A stretch of 64,000 bases of DNA from Hyphomonas sp. (lineage in GTDB: Bacteria; Pseudomonadota; Alphaproteobacteria; Caulobacterales; Hyphomonadaceae): the NCBI GenBank assembly GCA_033851975.1, contig JAWSVJ010000007.1, positions 251,512-315,511 on the forward strand. Reading direction: 5' to 3'. The notes under the pieces were generated by a model. That model did no database searches. It was not told the origin of the DNA and was given only the letters and a program-made list of their open reading frames with translations. Every line of letters starts with the position of its first letter. The first letter of the stretch is position 1. This document shows, piece by piece, positions 9,053 through 17,806 of the stretch. The translations under genes were made by a program, and so were the position numbers.

Positions 9053-9110
9053 ACTCACCCCCAATTGCACTGGAAATATTGTCGAATTTCGTTCGGTGTG
9101 GCGCGCCCCT

Positions 9111-9725
9111 CTAAGAATGCGCGAAAATGTCGTTCCCGTCCCAACCGGCCAGATCAAGCGCGGCGCGGGTCGGAAGGAAGTTAAAGCACGCTTGGGCTAA
9201 CGTCACCCGGCCCTCACGCTCTAACATGGCCTGTAAACCACGCTGCACATCATGCAGATATAGAACATCAGATGCAGCATATTCCAGTTGGGCTGCGCTC
9301 AGCGTTTCAGAGCCCCAATCAGAGCTTTGCTGCGCTTTAGACAGTTCAACGCCTGCAATCTCTCTCACTACATCCTTCAGCCCATGACGGTCGGTATATG
9401 TGCGCGCCAGCTTAGACGCGATTTTGGTGCACCAGATCGGCGCGCATTCAATGCCCATCCAATGGCTAATCATGCCGACATCAAACCGTGCGAAATGGAA
9501 CAGTTTGATCGTTTTGGGGTCAACCAATAGTGCCTTCAAATTCGGGCAATCATAGGTGCGCTCAAGCTGCACAACATGCGCTGTTCCATCCCCAGAGGAT
9601 AGTTGAACAACGGTCAAATTATCCCGGTTTGGGTTTAGACCCATTGCCTCTGTGTCGATGGCGACCATAGGGCCAAAATCAATGCCGGTTGGCAAATCGC
9701 CTTGATGAAGTGTGATGTTTGTCAT
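9111..9725 (-). CDS. rnd: Ribonuclease D (short DEDDy 3'-5' exonuclease)
   Basis: AIDTEAMG, HFARFD, CTKIASKLARTY, QLEYAASDV. Confidence 0.92.
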   Translation of the reverse strand: MTNITLHQGDLPTGIDFGPMVAIDTEAMGLNPNRDNLTVVQLSSGDGTAHVVQLERTYDCPNLKALLVDPKTIKLFHFARFDVGMISHWMGIECAPIWCTKIASKLARTYTDRHGLKDVVREIAGVELSKAQQSSDWGSETLSAAQLEYAASDVLYLHDVQRGLQAMLEREGRVTLAQACFNFLPTRAALDLAGWDGNDIFAHS

Positions 9726-9792
9726 GGATAAATCTCTAGCACGTCGCTGCAATGGCGCAAATCAAAGGGTGCGAAGACCAGCTCAAAAATGG

Positions 9793-9825
9793 CAAAAAAG
9801 AAGGGCAGCCAAACGGCCGCCCCTC
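9793..9825 (-). terminator. Intrinsic terminator downstream of mscL
   Basis: Minus strand reads GGGCGGCC-GTTT-GGCTGCCC then TTCTTTTTT. Confidence 0.6.
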
Positions 9826-9917
9826 TCACACTCTACACTGGTACTCTACTAACGCGGGATTCTAATCTGAAATGGTTAACAAATTACAAACGCCGCTACA
9901 CTCCGTCGCCAATTTGC

Positions 9918-10322
9918 CTATTTGGCAAGCAGGTTCCGGATCTCTTCGAGAAGCACTTCTTGGCGCGGCGGCTCAGCCGGCGCAGCCTCTTCTTCTTTTT
10001 TCTTGGATTTATTCATGCCTTTGATGAGCATAAACATCACAAACGCAACAATAATGAATGAAATTAGCGCTGTAATAAAGCTACCAAAATCGATAATCGC
10101 TGCTGGTGAAAGCTCCGTACCGTCTTCGGCAAGCTCTGCAGCTTTAACTGTATAGGTCAGCTTCGCCAGATCAATTCCGCCCAAAACCGGGCTGATCGCT
10201 GGCATAAAGATGCCTTGAATGAATGCGGTGACCACTGTCGCGAATGCAGACCCCATGACAAAGCCTACTGCCATGTCGACAAGGTTGCCCTTCATCGCGA
10301 ATTCTTTGAATTCTTTTAGCAT
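9918..10322 (-). CDS. mscL: Large-conductance mechanosensitive channel
   Basis: MLKEFKEFAMKGNLVDMAVG...LLEEIRNLL. Confidence 0.95.
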   Translation of the reverse strand: MLKEFKEFAMKGNLVDMAVGFVMGSAFATVVTAFIQGIFMPAISPVLGGIDLAKLTYTVKAAELAEDGTELSPAAIIDFGSFITALISFIIVAFVMFMLIKGMNKSKKKEEEAAPAEPPRQEVLLEEIRNLLAK

Positions 10323-10429
10323 AATATGCCCTCTTCCTGCTTGGATCCCAACGGCCCTTACAGGTAGCATGTCCAATCATTTGTCCGTGAGGTCAAGCCA
10401 AATGCTCAGTTAGAGGTGCATAATCTGGG

Positions 10430-10729
10430 CTAGCGCGCCTCAGGATCTTCGCCGCCATTGACCCGTGCGCGCAGCTCTTTGCCCGCTTTAAAGAAGGGCA
10501 CAGCCTTGGCTGGCACCTCCACCGGTTCGCCCGTTCGTGGATTACGACCCTTGCGCGCATCGCGTCTTCGCACAGAGAATGCGCCGAACCCGCGAAGCTC
10601 AACCCGGTCGCCTTTTGCCAGCGCTTCGGAGATTTCATCTAGAATAACGTTCACGACCTTCTCCAGGTCTTCCTGGCGGAGGTGACCATACTCTGCGGCC
10701 AATTTGGTGATCAGTTCTGACTTTAGCAT
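10430..10729 (-). CDS. ihfB: Integration host factor beta subunit
   Basis: MLKSELI...[11 protein letters not shown]...GRNPRTGE...FKAGKELR; downstream of rpsA. Confidence 0.95.
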   Translation of the reverse strand: MLKSELITKLAAEYGHLRQEDLEKVVNVILDEISEALAKGDRVELRGFGAFSVRRRDARKGRNPRTGEPVEVPAKAVPFFKAGKELRARVNGGEDPEAR

Positions 10730-10748
10730 GTCATTGATAATAAACGCA

Positions 10749-10779
10749 TTTGCGGCGAGGGCTAGGCCCCCGCCGCAAA
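10749..10779 (-). terminator. Hairpin/terminator after rpsA
   Basis: TTTGCGGCG...CGCCGCAAA inverted repeat. Confidence 0.5.
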
Positions 10780-10816
10780 CATTACAACGATTTCAGAATT
10801 AAACTTCGAAAAAAGT

Positions 10817-12853
10817 TTAGCCCTTCATGAATTCTTCGGCCTGTGGCTTCCATTCATCGCGTTCCATGCGACCTTGGAATGCCAGCTCTTCCTCAAGCTC
10901 GCCGATCTGTGCGTCATTCAACGCAGCGATCTGCCAGAAGTGGAAAATGCCTGCGTCATTCAGCTTCTTTTCGAATGCTGGGCCAACACCTTTGATCTTT
11001 TTCAGATCATCGGCTTCGCCTTGTGCACCCGACAAGCGACCGCGTTCATCCATTGCGCTCGCATCACCGGCTGGTGCAGCCGGAGCTGCCGGAGCCGCCT
11101 CTGCTACTGCAGGTGCCTCTACCGGTTCAGGCGCCGCTGTAGGTGCAGCTTCTTCGCCTGGTGTTGTTGAGGCAAGTGCCGCGCCGAGAATATCACCCAG
11201 TGACGCGCCAGCATCTGCTGACCCATACTGCGCAACGGCCTCCGCTTCTTCAGCAATTTCCAGCGCCTTGATTGACAGCGTCACACGGCGAGAATTGCGG
11301 TCGACAGACATAATCTTCGCGTCAACCTTGTCACCGACTGCAAAACGCTCAGGGCGTTGGTCAGCACGGTCACGTGACAGATCAGAACGACGGATAAACG
11401 CCTTCATTGCTGGCTCGCCGAATTCAACTTCCATACCGCCGGAATTGATTTCGGAAACTGTGCAAGTCACGATCGAGCCGCGTTTCACGCCGCCACCAGT
11501 AGAATCAGATGATTCCATCGGATCGCCGTTCATCTGCTTGATACCGAGAGAGATACGCTCTTTCTCAACATCAACATCTAGAACCTTGGCATTGACCATG
11601 TCGCCTTTGTTGAAGGTTTCGATCGCTTGGTCACCAGACATGTCCCAAGACAAATCGTTGATGTGAACCATACCGTCGAGGTCTGGGCCAAGGCCAACGA
11701 ACAGACCGAACTCGGTGATGCCGCGAACTTCGCCTTCGATTTCAGAACCGACCGGATGCTCAGCAAGGAATGCGTCCCATGGATTGTCCATAGTCTGCTT
11801 CAGGCCGAGTGAGATACGGCGTTTTTCTGAATCAACGTCTAGAACTTCCACATCGACTTCTTGTGAGGTCGACAAGATTTTGCCCGGATGTACGTTCTTC
11901 TTAGTCCAGCTCATTTCTGAAACGTGGATCAAGCCTTCAACGCCGTCTTCCAGCTCAACAAACGCACCATAATCGGTGATGTTTGTAACTTGGCCGTTCA
12001 GACGTGCGCCCATTGGGTAACGTGTTTCGATACCATCCCAAGGATCAGAACCGAGTTGCTTCATACCAAGTGAGATACGCTGGCTGTCTGGGTTGATCTT
12101 GATGATCTGAACTTCGACTTCTTGGCCAACTTCAACAATTTGAGATGGGTGGTTGATGCGCTTCCAGCTCATGTCAGTGACATGTAGCAAGCCATCGATA
12201 CCGCCAAGGTCAACGAACGCACCGTAATCGGTGATGTTCTTGACGATGCCCTTGCGCACGTCACCTTCAGCCATTTCGCCGACGATCTCAGCGCGCTGTT
12301 CAGCACGGCTCTCTTCGAGGATAGCACGGCGAGACACAACAATGTTGCCACGCTGGCGGTCCAATTTGAGGATCGCGAAGGGTTGAATTTCGCCCATCAG
12401 CGGGCCTACGTCGCGTACTGGACGGATGTCCACTTGGCTGCCCGGAAGGAATGCGTTCACACCGCCAAGGTCGACGGTGAAACCGCCTTTGACACGGCCA
12501 ACAATAGCGCCTTTGACCGGCTCTTCTGAATTGAAGTTCTTTTCCAGTTTGATCCAGCGCTCTTCACGGCGCGCTTTATCACGAGACAGGACAGCGTCAC
12601 CGAGAGCGTTCTCGATGCGGTCGAGGTACACGTCAACAATGTTGCCAGCTTCTGGCTGATTGTCTTCCATGTAGAATTCTTTTAGCGGGATGCGGCCTTC
12701 AGTTTTAAGGCCAATGTCTACCACTACAAAATCGCTATCAACGCTTACGACAGTTGCCGGGATAACCTGGCCTTCCTGCATAGCGCTGGCAGCGGTGGAT
12801 GATTCAAACATCGATGCGAAGTCATCGCTCGACGGGGTCATTGTATCGGTCAT
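10817..12853 (-). CDS. rpsA: 30S ribosomal protein S1 with C-terminal Ala/Pro linker and HhH-like extension
   Basis: Six S1 repeats (e.g. NITDYGAFVDLGGIDGLLH); extra tail ...DDLKKIKGVGPAFEKKLNDAGIFHFWQIAAL. Confidence 0.97.
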   Translation of the reverse strand: MTDTMTPSSDDFASMFESSTAASAMQEGQVIPATVVSVDSDFVVVDIGLKTEGRIPLKEFYMEDNQPEAGNIVDVYLDRIENALGDAVLSRDKARREERWIKLEKNFNSEEPVKGAIVGRVKGGFTVDLGGVNAFLPGSQVDIRPVRDVGPLMGEIQPFAILKLDRQRGNIVVSRRAILEESRAEQRAEIVGEMAEGDVRKGIVKNITDYGAFVDLGGIDGLLHVTDMSWKRINHPSQIVEVGQEVEVQIIKINPDSQRISLGMKQLGSDPWDGIETRYPMGARLNGQVTNITDYGAFVELEDGVEGLIHVSEMSWTKKNVHPGKILSTSQEVDVEVLDVDSEKRRISLGLKQTMDNPWDAFLAEHPVGSEIEGEVRGITEFGLFVGLGPDLDGMVHINDLSWDMSGDQAIETFNKGDMVNAKVLDVDVEKERISLGIKQMNGDPMESSDSTGGGVKRGSIVTCTVSEINSGGMEVEFGEPAMKAFIRRSDLSRDRADQRPERFAVGDKVDAKIMSVDRNSRRVTLSIKALEIAEEAEAVAQYGSADAGASLGDILGAALASTTPGEEAAPTAAPEPVEAPAVAEAAPAAPAAPAGDASAMDERGRLSGAQGEADDLKKIKGVGPAFEKKLNDAGIFHFWQIAALNDAQIGELEEELAFQGRMERDEWKPQAEEFMKG

Positions 12854-12988
12854 GTTTTTTCCTTGGACGGGGCGAACGGTTCATGACGGACCAGCATTAT
12901 TGCTGCCCGTTAGGAACGACCCGTATGTGGTCTCTGTTATTTCAGAGTGGAACCGCCTGTTTGGATTTGAACACTTAATAAAGCGCTC

Positions 12989-13663
12989 TCAGGCAGATTT
13001 TCCTTCAGGCAGCTCAGCATTTACTGCTGCAACCGCCGCTTCCACAGCCTGCTCTATAGTCAGATCAGTGGTATCAATCAAGACAGCATCTTCTGCAATT
13101 GCGGCGGGAGCATCGGCCCGACCTTGATCACGCGCATCACGTTCACGCAATTGCTCGATCACAGCCTCCAAAGTCACGTCGCTCCCCTGCCCGACCAATT
13201 CACGCCATCGGCGCTCTCCGCGCTGGGTCACATCGGCGTCGACCCATAGCTTAATGTCGGCTTCCGGCGCGATTACAGTGCCAATATCGCGGCCATCCAG
13301 CAGCGCGCCGCCCTCTTGCGTGGCGAAGGCGCGTTGCAGTTCAAACAAGGCTTGGCGCACTTCAGGCATCGCGGCGACAATACTCGCCATCGCCCCAGCC
13401 TCTGCGGTGCGCAATTCTTCTTCGCGAAAGTCAGCTAAATCGACCTTGCGAGCGAGGGCGGTAATGCGCTTCACATTATCTTGCGCCAACCCAGCCGCGA
13501 GCGCTGCCACAGCCGTCGCACGATATAAGCGCCCTGTATCCATGTGCGGCAGCTCGAAATGACGCGCGAGCCGTCTCGATATGGTGCCTTTGCCAGACGC
13601 CGTGGTGCCATCAATCGCAATAATCATAACGCTGGAGGTGGGCGTATTGACCGCTTCTGTCAA
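12989..13663 (-). CDS. cmk: Cytidylate kinase (start may be ATG 13627)
   Basis: IIAIDGTTASGKGT, DTGRLYRA, LDGRDIGTV, RDARD; upstream of rpsA. Confidence 0.93.
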   Translation of the reverse strand: MTEAVNTPTSSVMIIAIDGTTASGKGTISRRLARHFELPHMDTGRLYRATAVAALAAGLAQDNVKRITALARKVDLADFREEELRTAEAGAMASIVAAMPEVRQALFELQRAFATQEGGALLDGRDIGTVIAPEADIKLWVDADVTQRGERRWRELVGQGSDVTLEAVIEQLRERDARDQGRADAPAAIAEDAVLIDTTDLTIEQAVEAAVAAVNAELPEGKSA

Positions 13664-13678
13664 TATGAGAGGTCGCGC

Positions 13679-14758
13679 CTACTCGGCCACAAAGCCCTTC
13701 CAGCCTTTCATATAGTTCACAAAGGCAGGGCCGAGGCCTTCGGCGGCGAGGTGTGCTGCGGGAACGGGCAGCGCGATCGGCTCGAAACCCTCATCACTGC
13801 GCACAAGCTCTGGGAAATCGTGATGCAAGATGCCCGCGCGTCCGATCATCACAAAATCGAGCCCTGCGTCCATCGCCCGGCGACAAGCGTCGGCCGTCGT
13901 CAGTTTCCCCGCCGCACCAAGACGAGTGTCTCCGCGCTCAAGATCGGTAAACCAGTCGAGCAACTTGCGGCCCTTGCCCTCTTCTTCCACCGGGTCTTTG
14001 AAACAATCCCACAGCGACATATCGAGATAATCGACCTTACCACTCTTGAGAATGTCCGCAGCAAGTTGGCGAATCTCCATCAGCTTCAATCCGAACCGTT
14101 CCGGCGACAGGCGCACACCGACTGTAAAGTCTGGCCCGGTCGCGGCGCGAATACCGTCGATGATCTCCCACAAGAACCGAGCGCGGTTCTCAAGGGTTCC
14201 ACCATATTCGTCTGTGCGCTGGTTGATCTCAGAGCTAAGGAACTGGCAAATCAGATAGCCATGCGCGCCGTGAACTTCCACGCCGTGAAAGCCAGCCTGC
14301 TCGCTACGCACAGCCCCAGCGATGAAGCCGTCGCGCAGTTGCTTTACCTCATCGAGCGTCAAAGCCCGCGCACCGGTCTCTTCATTGTCCGACGGACACA
14401 CCGGCGCACTGCCGCCGATCAAATCAGCTGGCGTTCGCATCCCTGCATGATGAAGCTGAACAGATGAGACGCTCCCCTCCGCATGGATCGCATCAGCCAG
14501 ACGCTTCAGCCCATCAAGGTGCTTATCATCATGCGCGCCGAGCTGGCCGGGAAAGCCAAGACCGCTCACATCAACGGACGCCGCGCACGTCATCGTCAGG
14601 CCAAACCCGCCCTGCGCACGCATCGTCAGCCACTTAAACTCAACATCGCTCAACACGCCATCAGCATGGCTCTGCGAGTTAGTTAGTGGCGCCAACATGA
14701 AACGGTTTTTGAGGCCGGGCCCACGGGCGAACGAAAGCGGGGAAAATAGATCTGTCAT
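13679..14758 (-). CDS. NADH:flavin oxidoreductase (Old Yellow Enzyme family)
   Basis: NRFMLAPLT, QLHHAG, EVHGAHGYLICQFLS, NQRTDEYGG. Confidence 0.9.
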   Translation of the reverse strand: MTDLFSPLSFARGPGLKNRFMLAPLTNSQSHADGVLSDVEFKWLTMRAQGGFGLTMTCAASVDVSGLGFPGQLGAHDDKHLDGLKRLADAIHAEGSVSSVQLHHAGMRTPADLIGGSAPVCPSDNEETGARALTLDEVKQLRDGFIAGAVRSEQAGFHGVEVHGAHGYLICQFLSSEINQRTDEYGGTLENRARFLWEIIDGIRAATGPDFTVGVRLSPERFGLKLMEIRQLAADILKSGKVDYLDMSLWDCFKDPVEEEGKGRKLLDWFTDLERGDTRLGAAGKLTTADACRRAMDAGLDFVMIGRAGILHHDFPELVRSDEGFEPIALPVPAAHLAAEGLGPAFVNYMKGWKGFVAE

Positions 14759-14900
14759 GGTGCTGGAAGTGAGCTATCACGCCCAGCCTGTCAATATTGA
14801 TGCGAGAAACCCGAACCTAGACAGGCATTTAGTAACCATATTCTCCCATAGTATTCTCACTCCCAGAAACCTCCAGAAATTCAGATTTGAGGCACACATC

Positions 14901-15539
14901 ATGCGCAGACATATTTGGCTGCCCCTTCTTGGATTGGCACTCGCTTCGTGCGGCGATGGCGCGTCGTCTGATGGCGGCGCGGTCCATGCCAAGCATATGA
15001 TCAAGGCGTTCGAGGCCGGCTCCGTCTGGTGCACGGCATACGACGCGGCGACAGAGACCTGCACCTCGGTCCAAACGGTCGAACGCTTCACGCGTGACGG
15101 CGTCATCGTCAACATCGTGACCGCCGAGCCAAACGTCATAAAAACGGAATACCAAACCGAGCTAACCCGTAAAGACAACAGGCTATGCAGAGGAGACCCA
15201 GAGGGCCGCGTGCTAGCAACGTTGAACTCTTACCACACCAACAATGCCTCCGGTGAAATCACCGACGACGACCGCTCGCTCAAATTCTCCACCGATGAAG
15301 AAGAGCGCGAATTGTTCGAAGCTTTCCGTGACACTCTAATCAAAGATCAATCCTTCCTCGCGAAGAAAGAGACCTGCTGGGAATACCAAAAAACCAGCGT
15401 GCCCTCAAAGGGCCTCAACCAAGAGATCACCATGTTGACCTATGTTGACGACGTGCGCCAACACTACATCCCGTCTAAGAATCGAGGCACCTTCTTTCCC
15501 GCCGAAACAGAGCTAACCCTTCGCCCAGAAGCGGAATAA
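14901..15539 (+). CDS. Hypothetical lipoprotein
   Basis: RBS GAGG; MRRHIWLPLLGLALASC lipobox; CTAYDAATETC Cys pair. Confidence 0.7.
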   Translation: MRRHIWLPLLGLALASCGDGASSDGGAVHAKHMIKAFEAGSVWCTAYDAATETCTSVQTVERFTRDGVIVNIVTAEPNVIKTEYQTELTRKDNRLCRGDPEGRVLATLNSYHTNNASGEITDDDRSLKFSTDEEERELFEAFRDTLIKDQSFLAKKETCWEYQKTSVPSKGLNQEITMLTYVDDVRQHYIPSKNRGTFFPAETELTLRPEAE

Positions 15540-15547
15540 TCACGAGA

Positions 15548-15895
15548 TCACGAATATTTGATCCACCAATTGTGCATCTCCGTGAACATCGGCTCTAAAT
15601 CCTTAGCGCGTTGCGTCGCACTATACTCCACGCGCGGCGGAACCTCCGCATACACCTTCCGGCTAACAAGGCCATCAGCCTCCAGCGCGCGCAGCTGATT
15701 TGTCAGCATGGTTTGGGTGATCGTACCCAGCAACCGCCGCAACTCATTAAACCGCTTCATCCCCTGAAATATCAGAATTTGAAGAATGATGAGCTTCCAT
15801 TTGCCGCCAATCAATTTGGCAATATCAGGCATCGGGCACGGTGCGTCTTGGCCCATTTCAGCCAACTTGTTTTCGGTAATTTCCTCGGTCATCAT
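15548..15895 (-). CDS. HxlR/DUF24-family winged-helix regulator
   Basis: CPMPDIAKLIGGKWK, RFNELRR, LTNQLRALE, VPPRVEYS. Confidence 0.92.
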   Translation of the reverse strand: MMTEEITENKLAEMGQDAPCPMPDIAKLIGGKWKLIILQILIFQGMKRFNELRRLLGTITQTMLTNQLRALEADGLVSRKVYAEVPPRVEYSATQRAKDLEPMFTEMHNWWIKYS

Positions 15896-15905
15896 TCGCT
15901 CCTAG

Positions 15906-15921
15906 ATATCATTTTTGATAC
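15906..15921. promoter_or_regulatory. Putative HxlR/HypR-type operator
   Basis: ATATCATTTTTGATAC (TATCA-N4-TGATA inverted repeat) in the divergent hxlR/SRPBCC promoter region. Confidence 0.5.
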
Positions 15922-16002
15922 TATATATGAAATTACTGCCTACTTGCGGATAGATACCATAAATGACATTTCCGGCGCATCCACCGCATAGTAGGAACCC
16001 AC

Positions 16003-16470
16003 ATGACAAACCCAAACTACACCCGCACAATCACCGTCGACGCGACGCCCGCCAAAGCCTTCTGGGCACTGACAGATGGCATAGGCGAGTGGTGGACAGC
16101 GCCAGACGCCCCGATGACCAAGCTAGGCGACACCGCCAAATTCACCTTCCCGCCCGGCAAATCATATTGGACCTTTGAAGCCACCGAGCTCACCCCCGGC
16201 GAAAGCGTCGAGATGGTTTGCGTCGATGCCCTCCACATCCATGAAGGCCAACCCGCTGAGATCGAAACCGAATGGCTAAACACACGCGTGCGGTGGGAAA
16301 TCACTGCCGCTGGCGATAAAACAAGCATCACCATAGAACATCACGGCCTCATCCCCGGCCTGCTCTGCTACGACATCTGCGAAAACGGCTGGGACCACTT
16401 CTTCCTAACCAGCCTCCCCGCCCTCCTAAACACCAACACCGGAACGCCCCACCGCCCACCAGAGGGTTAG
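16003..16470 (+). CDS. SRPBCC/AHSA1-like START-fold protein
   Basis: RTITVDATPAKAFWALT...EWW; TRVRWEI; GWDHFF; divergent from the HxlR gene. Confidence 0.85.
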   Translation: MTNPNYTRTITVDATPAKAFWALTDGIGEWWTAPDAPMTKLGDTAKFTFPPGKSYWTFEATELTPGESVEMVCVDALHIHEGQPAEIETEWLNTRVRWEITAAGDKTSITIEHHGLIPGLLCYDICENGWDHFFLTSLPALLNTNTGTPHRPPEG

Positions 16471-16492
16471 GGCGGAAGAAGTAGGGGTTAGA

Positions 16493-17623
16493 TCAATCAT
16501 CCGCCGCATGACGAAGTGCCGTCGATGCAATATTATCCATGCTCGGCATCAAATGCGCCTTGGTGATATTTTCCCTCCGCAACAATCGCCGCAGCTGGGG
16601 TAAGTGTTCCTTTTTGAGGATGATTTTCCTGAGCAATGGCTCATTCTCTCCAAAATGACGCTCAGCTACTCCTCGATAGTTGGAGGCATTTGCTAAATCT
16701 CGAGCTTGATCGTTTTGCTCTATTCCCTTCTTCGTCCACCCCTCAATTATGGTATCTAGTGATGGGTATTCTCCGTCACGCAACCAAAACCCGCGCTCAT
16801 TGGATAGGTAAGTGAGAATGCCCTGCTGCGATGACAGATAGTCGTTACCCGCCTTCGGCGGCGAATTTACACCAACACCGCCTAGGCCAAAGATTGGCGC
16901 ATGGTGCCCAACCCCGCTCAACTCGTCCGCGACTTGATGATAATTAAGTGCCCAGACGCAGCAGTCCGAATTGCAAACGTCCTCCGTAAAAAGACTATTG
17001 GACGATCTTGCTTGAGGCGCGTTTGCGGCGAAATATACTGCGATCCGAGGATCTTTTGTCCAATCGAGTAAGAAGGTGGGGATACCATGATGTTGAGCAA
17101 GCGCGACATACGATAGTGAGCTCTTCGGAATATCTACTCGACCAACGGTGCCCATTTCGCCACGTGGGGCTCCCACTCTATTTACCCAATTTTTGAGCGC
17201 ATCTGGATTCTTTAGTTCTTCAAAACTCATTGCCTCCAAGGGCATATCCGCCAGTCGTCCGTGCTCATTACACTCGATCACAAAATTTCTTATCGCATCG
17301 GCATAGGCCCCGATTGTCGCAGTAACATCTTGTTGCTTCGGAGTTAGCTTTTTAAACAACCCGCAGTTCTCATTTCCACTTTCCAAACGTTTCTTGAGGA
17401 ACGGCGCCAATGGATTGCCCTCTCCACCACGAGCCGCAGTAGGCACCAATTTCCATGACGCATCCCAGTGCCCCCGGAATATCCATTCCTGCTCAGTCGC
17501 ATTCTCATCAAAATACCAACGCGGATGTGATCGCCTCAAAAACTCAAGAAATGTATCGGCGGTGAAATCTTCACCGTCCTCATCTGGCCCAGACGGCCCT
17601 GTATATGTTTCTACCCTGCTCAT
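16493..17623 (-). CDS. FRG domain-containing protein
   Basis: WIFRGHWDASWKLVPT; LAQHHGIPTFLLDWTKDPRIAVYFA; QQGILT. Confidence 0.9.
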   Translation of the reverse strand: MSRVETYTGPSGPDEDGEDFTADTFLEFLRRSHPRWYFDENATEQEWIFRGHWDASWKLVPTAARGGEGNPLAPFLKKRLESGNENCGLFKKLTPKQQDVTATIGAYADAIRNFVIECNEHGRLADMPLEAMSFEELKNPDALKNWVNRVGAPRGEMGTVGRVDIPKSSLSYVALAQHHGIPTFLLDWTKDPRIAVYFAANAPQARSSNSLFTEDVCNSDCCVWALNYHQVADELSGVGHHAPIFGLGGVGVNSPPKAGNDYLSSQQGILTYLSNERGFWLRDGEYPSLDTIIEGWTKKGIEQNDQARDLANASNYRGVAERHFGENEPLLRKIILKKEHLPQLRRLLRRENITKAHLMPSMDNIASTALRHAADD

Positions 17624-17685
17624 GATCGCGATAATTTGGGCGCCATGGGCGTGGAATTCAATACACCTATTGCAGTCACAGATTG

Positions 17686-17775
17686 CCGCTCATCCCAACG
17701 AAAGTTGGGACCCAGTGACGAAACTCACACCGAGCATAGGAGGCACTGGATCCCAGCGTGCGCTGGGAAGAGCGG
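17686..17775. repeat. REP-like palindrome doublet in inverted orientation (REPIN/BIME-like)
   Basis: CCGCTCATCCCAAC-GAAA-GTTGGGACCCAGTG (17686-17717) and inverted near-copy CACTGGATCCCAGC-GTGC-GCTGGGAAGAGCGG (17744-17775); each unit has its own hairpin. Confidence 0.7.
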
Positions 17776-17806
17776 GAGTTGTGGAAATCGAGGAGTGGTG
17801 AAGAGC

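Noticed and set aside
10827-11666. Long alternative ORFs opposite or overlapping real genes (e.g. 1160-1513, 6782-7471, 10827-11666, 13544-14467, 21927-22739)
   Set aside because: They overlap well-supported genes, lack motifs, and are expected from codon bias in GC-rich DNA.
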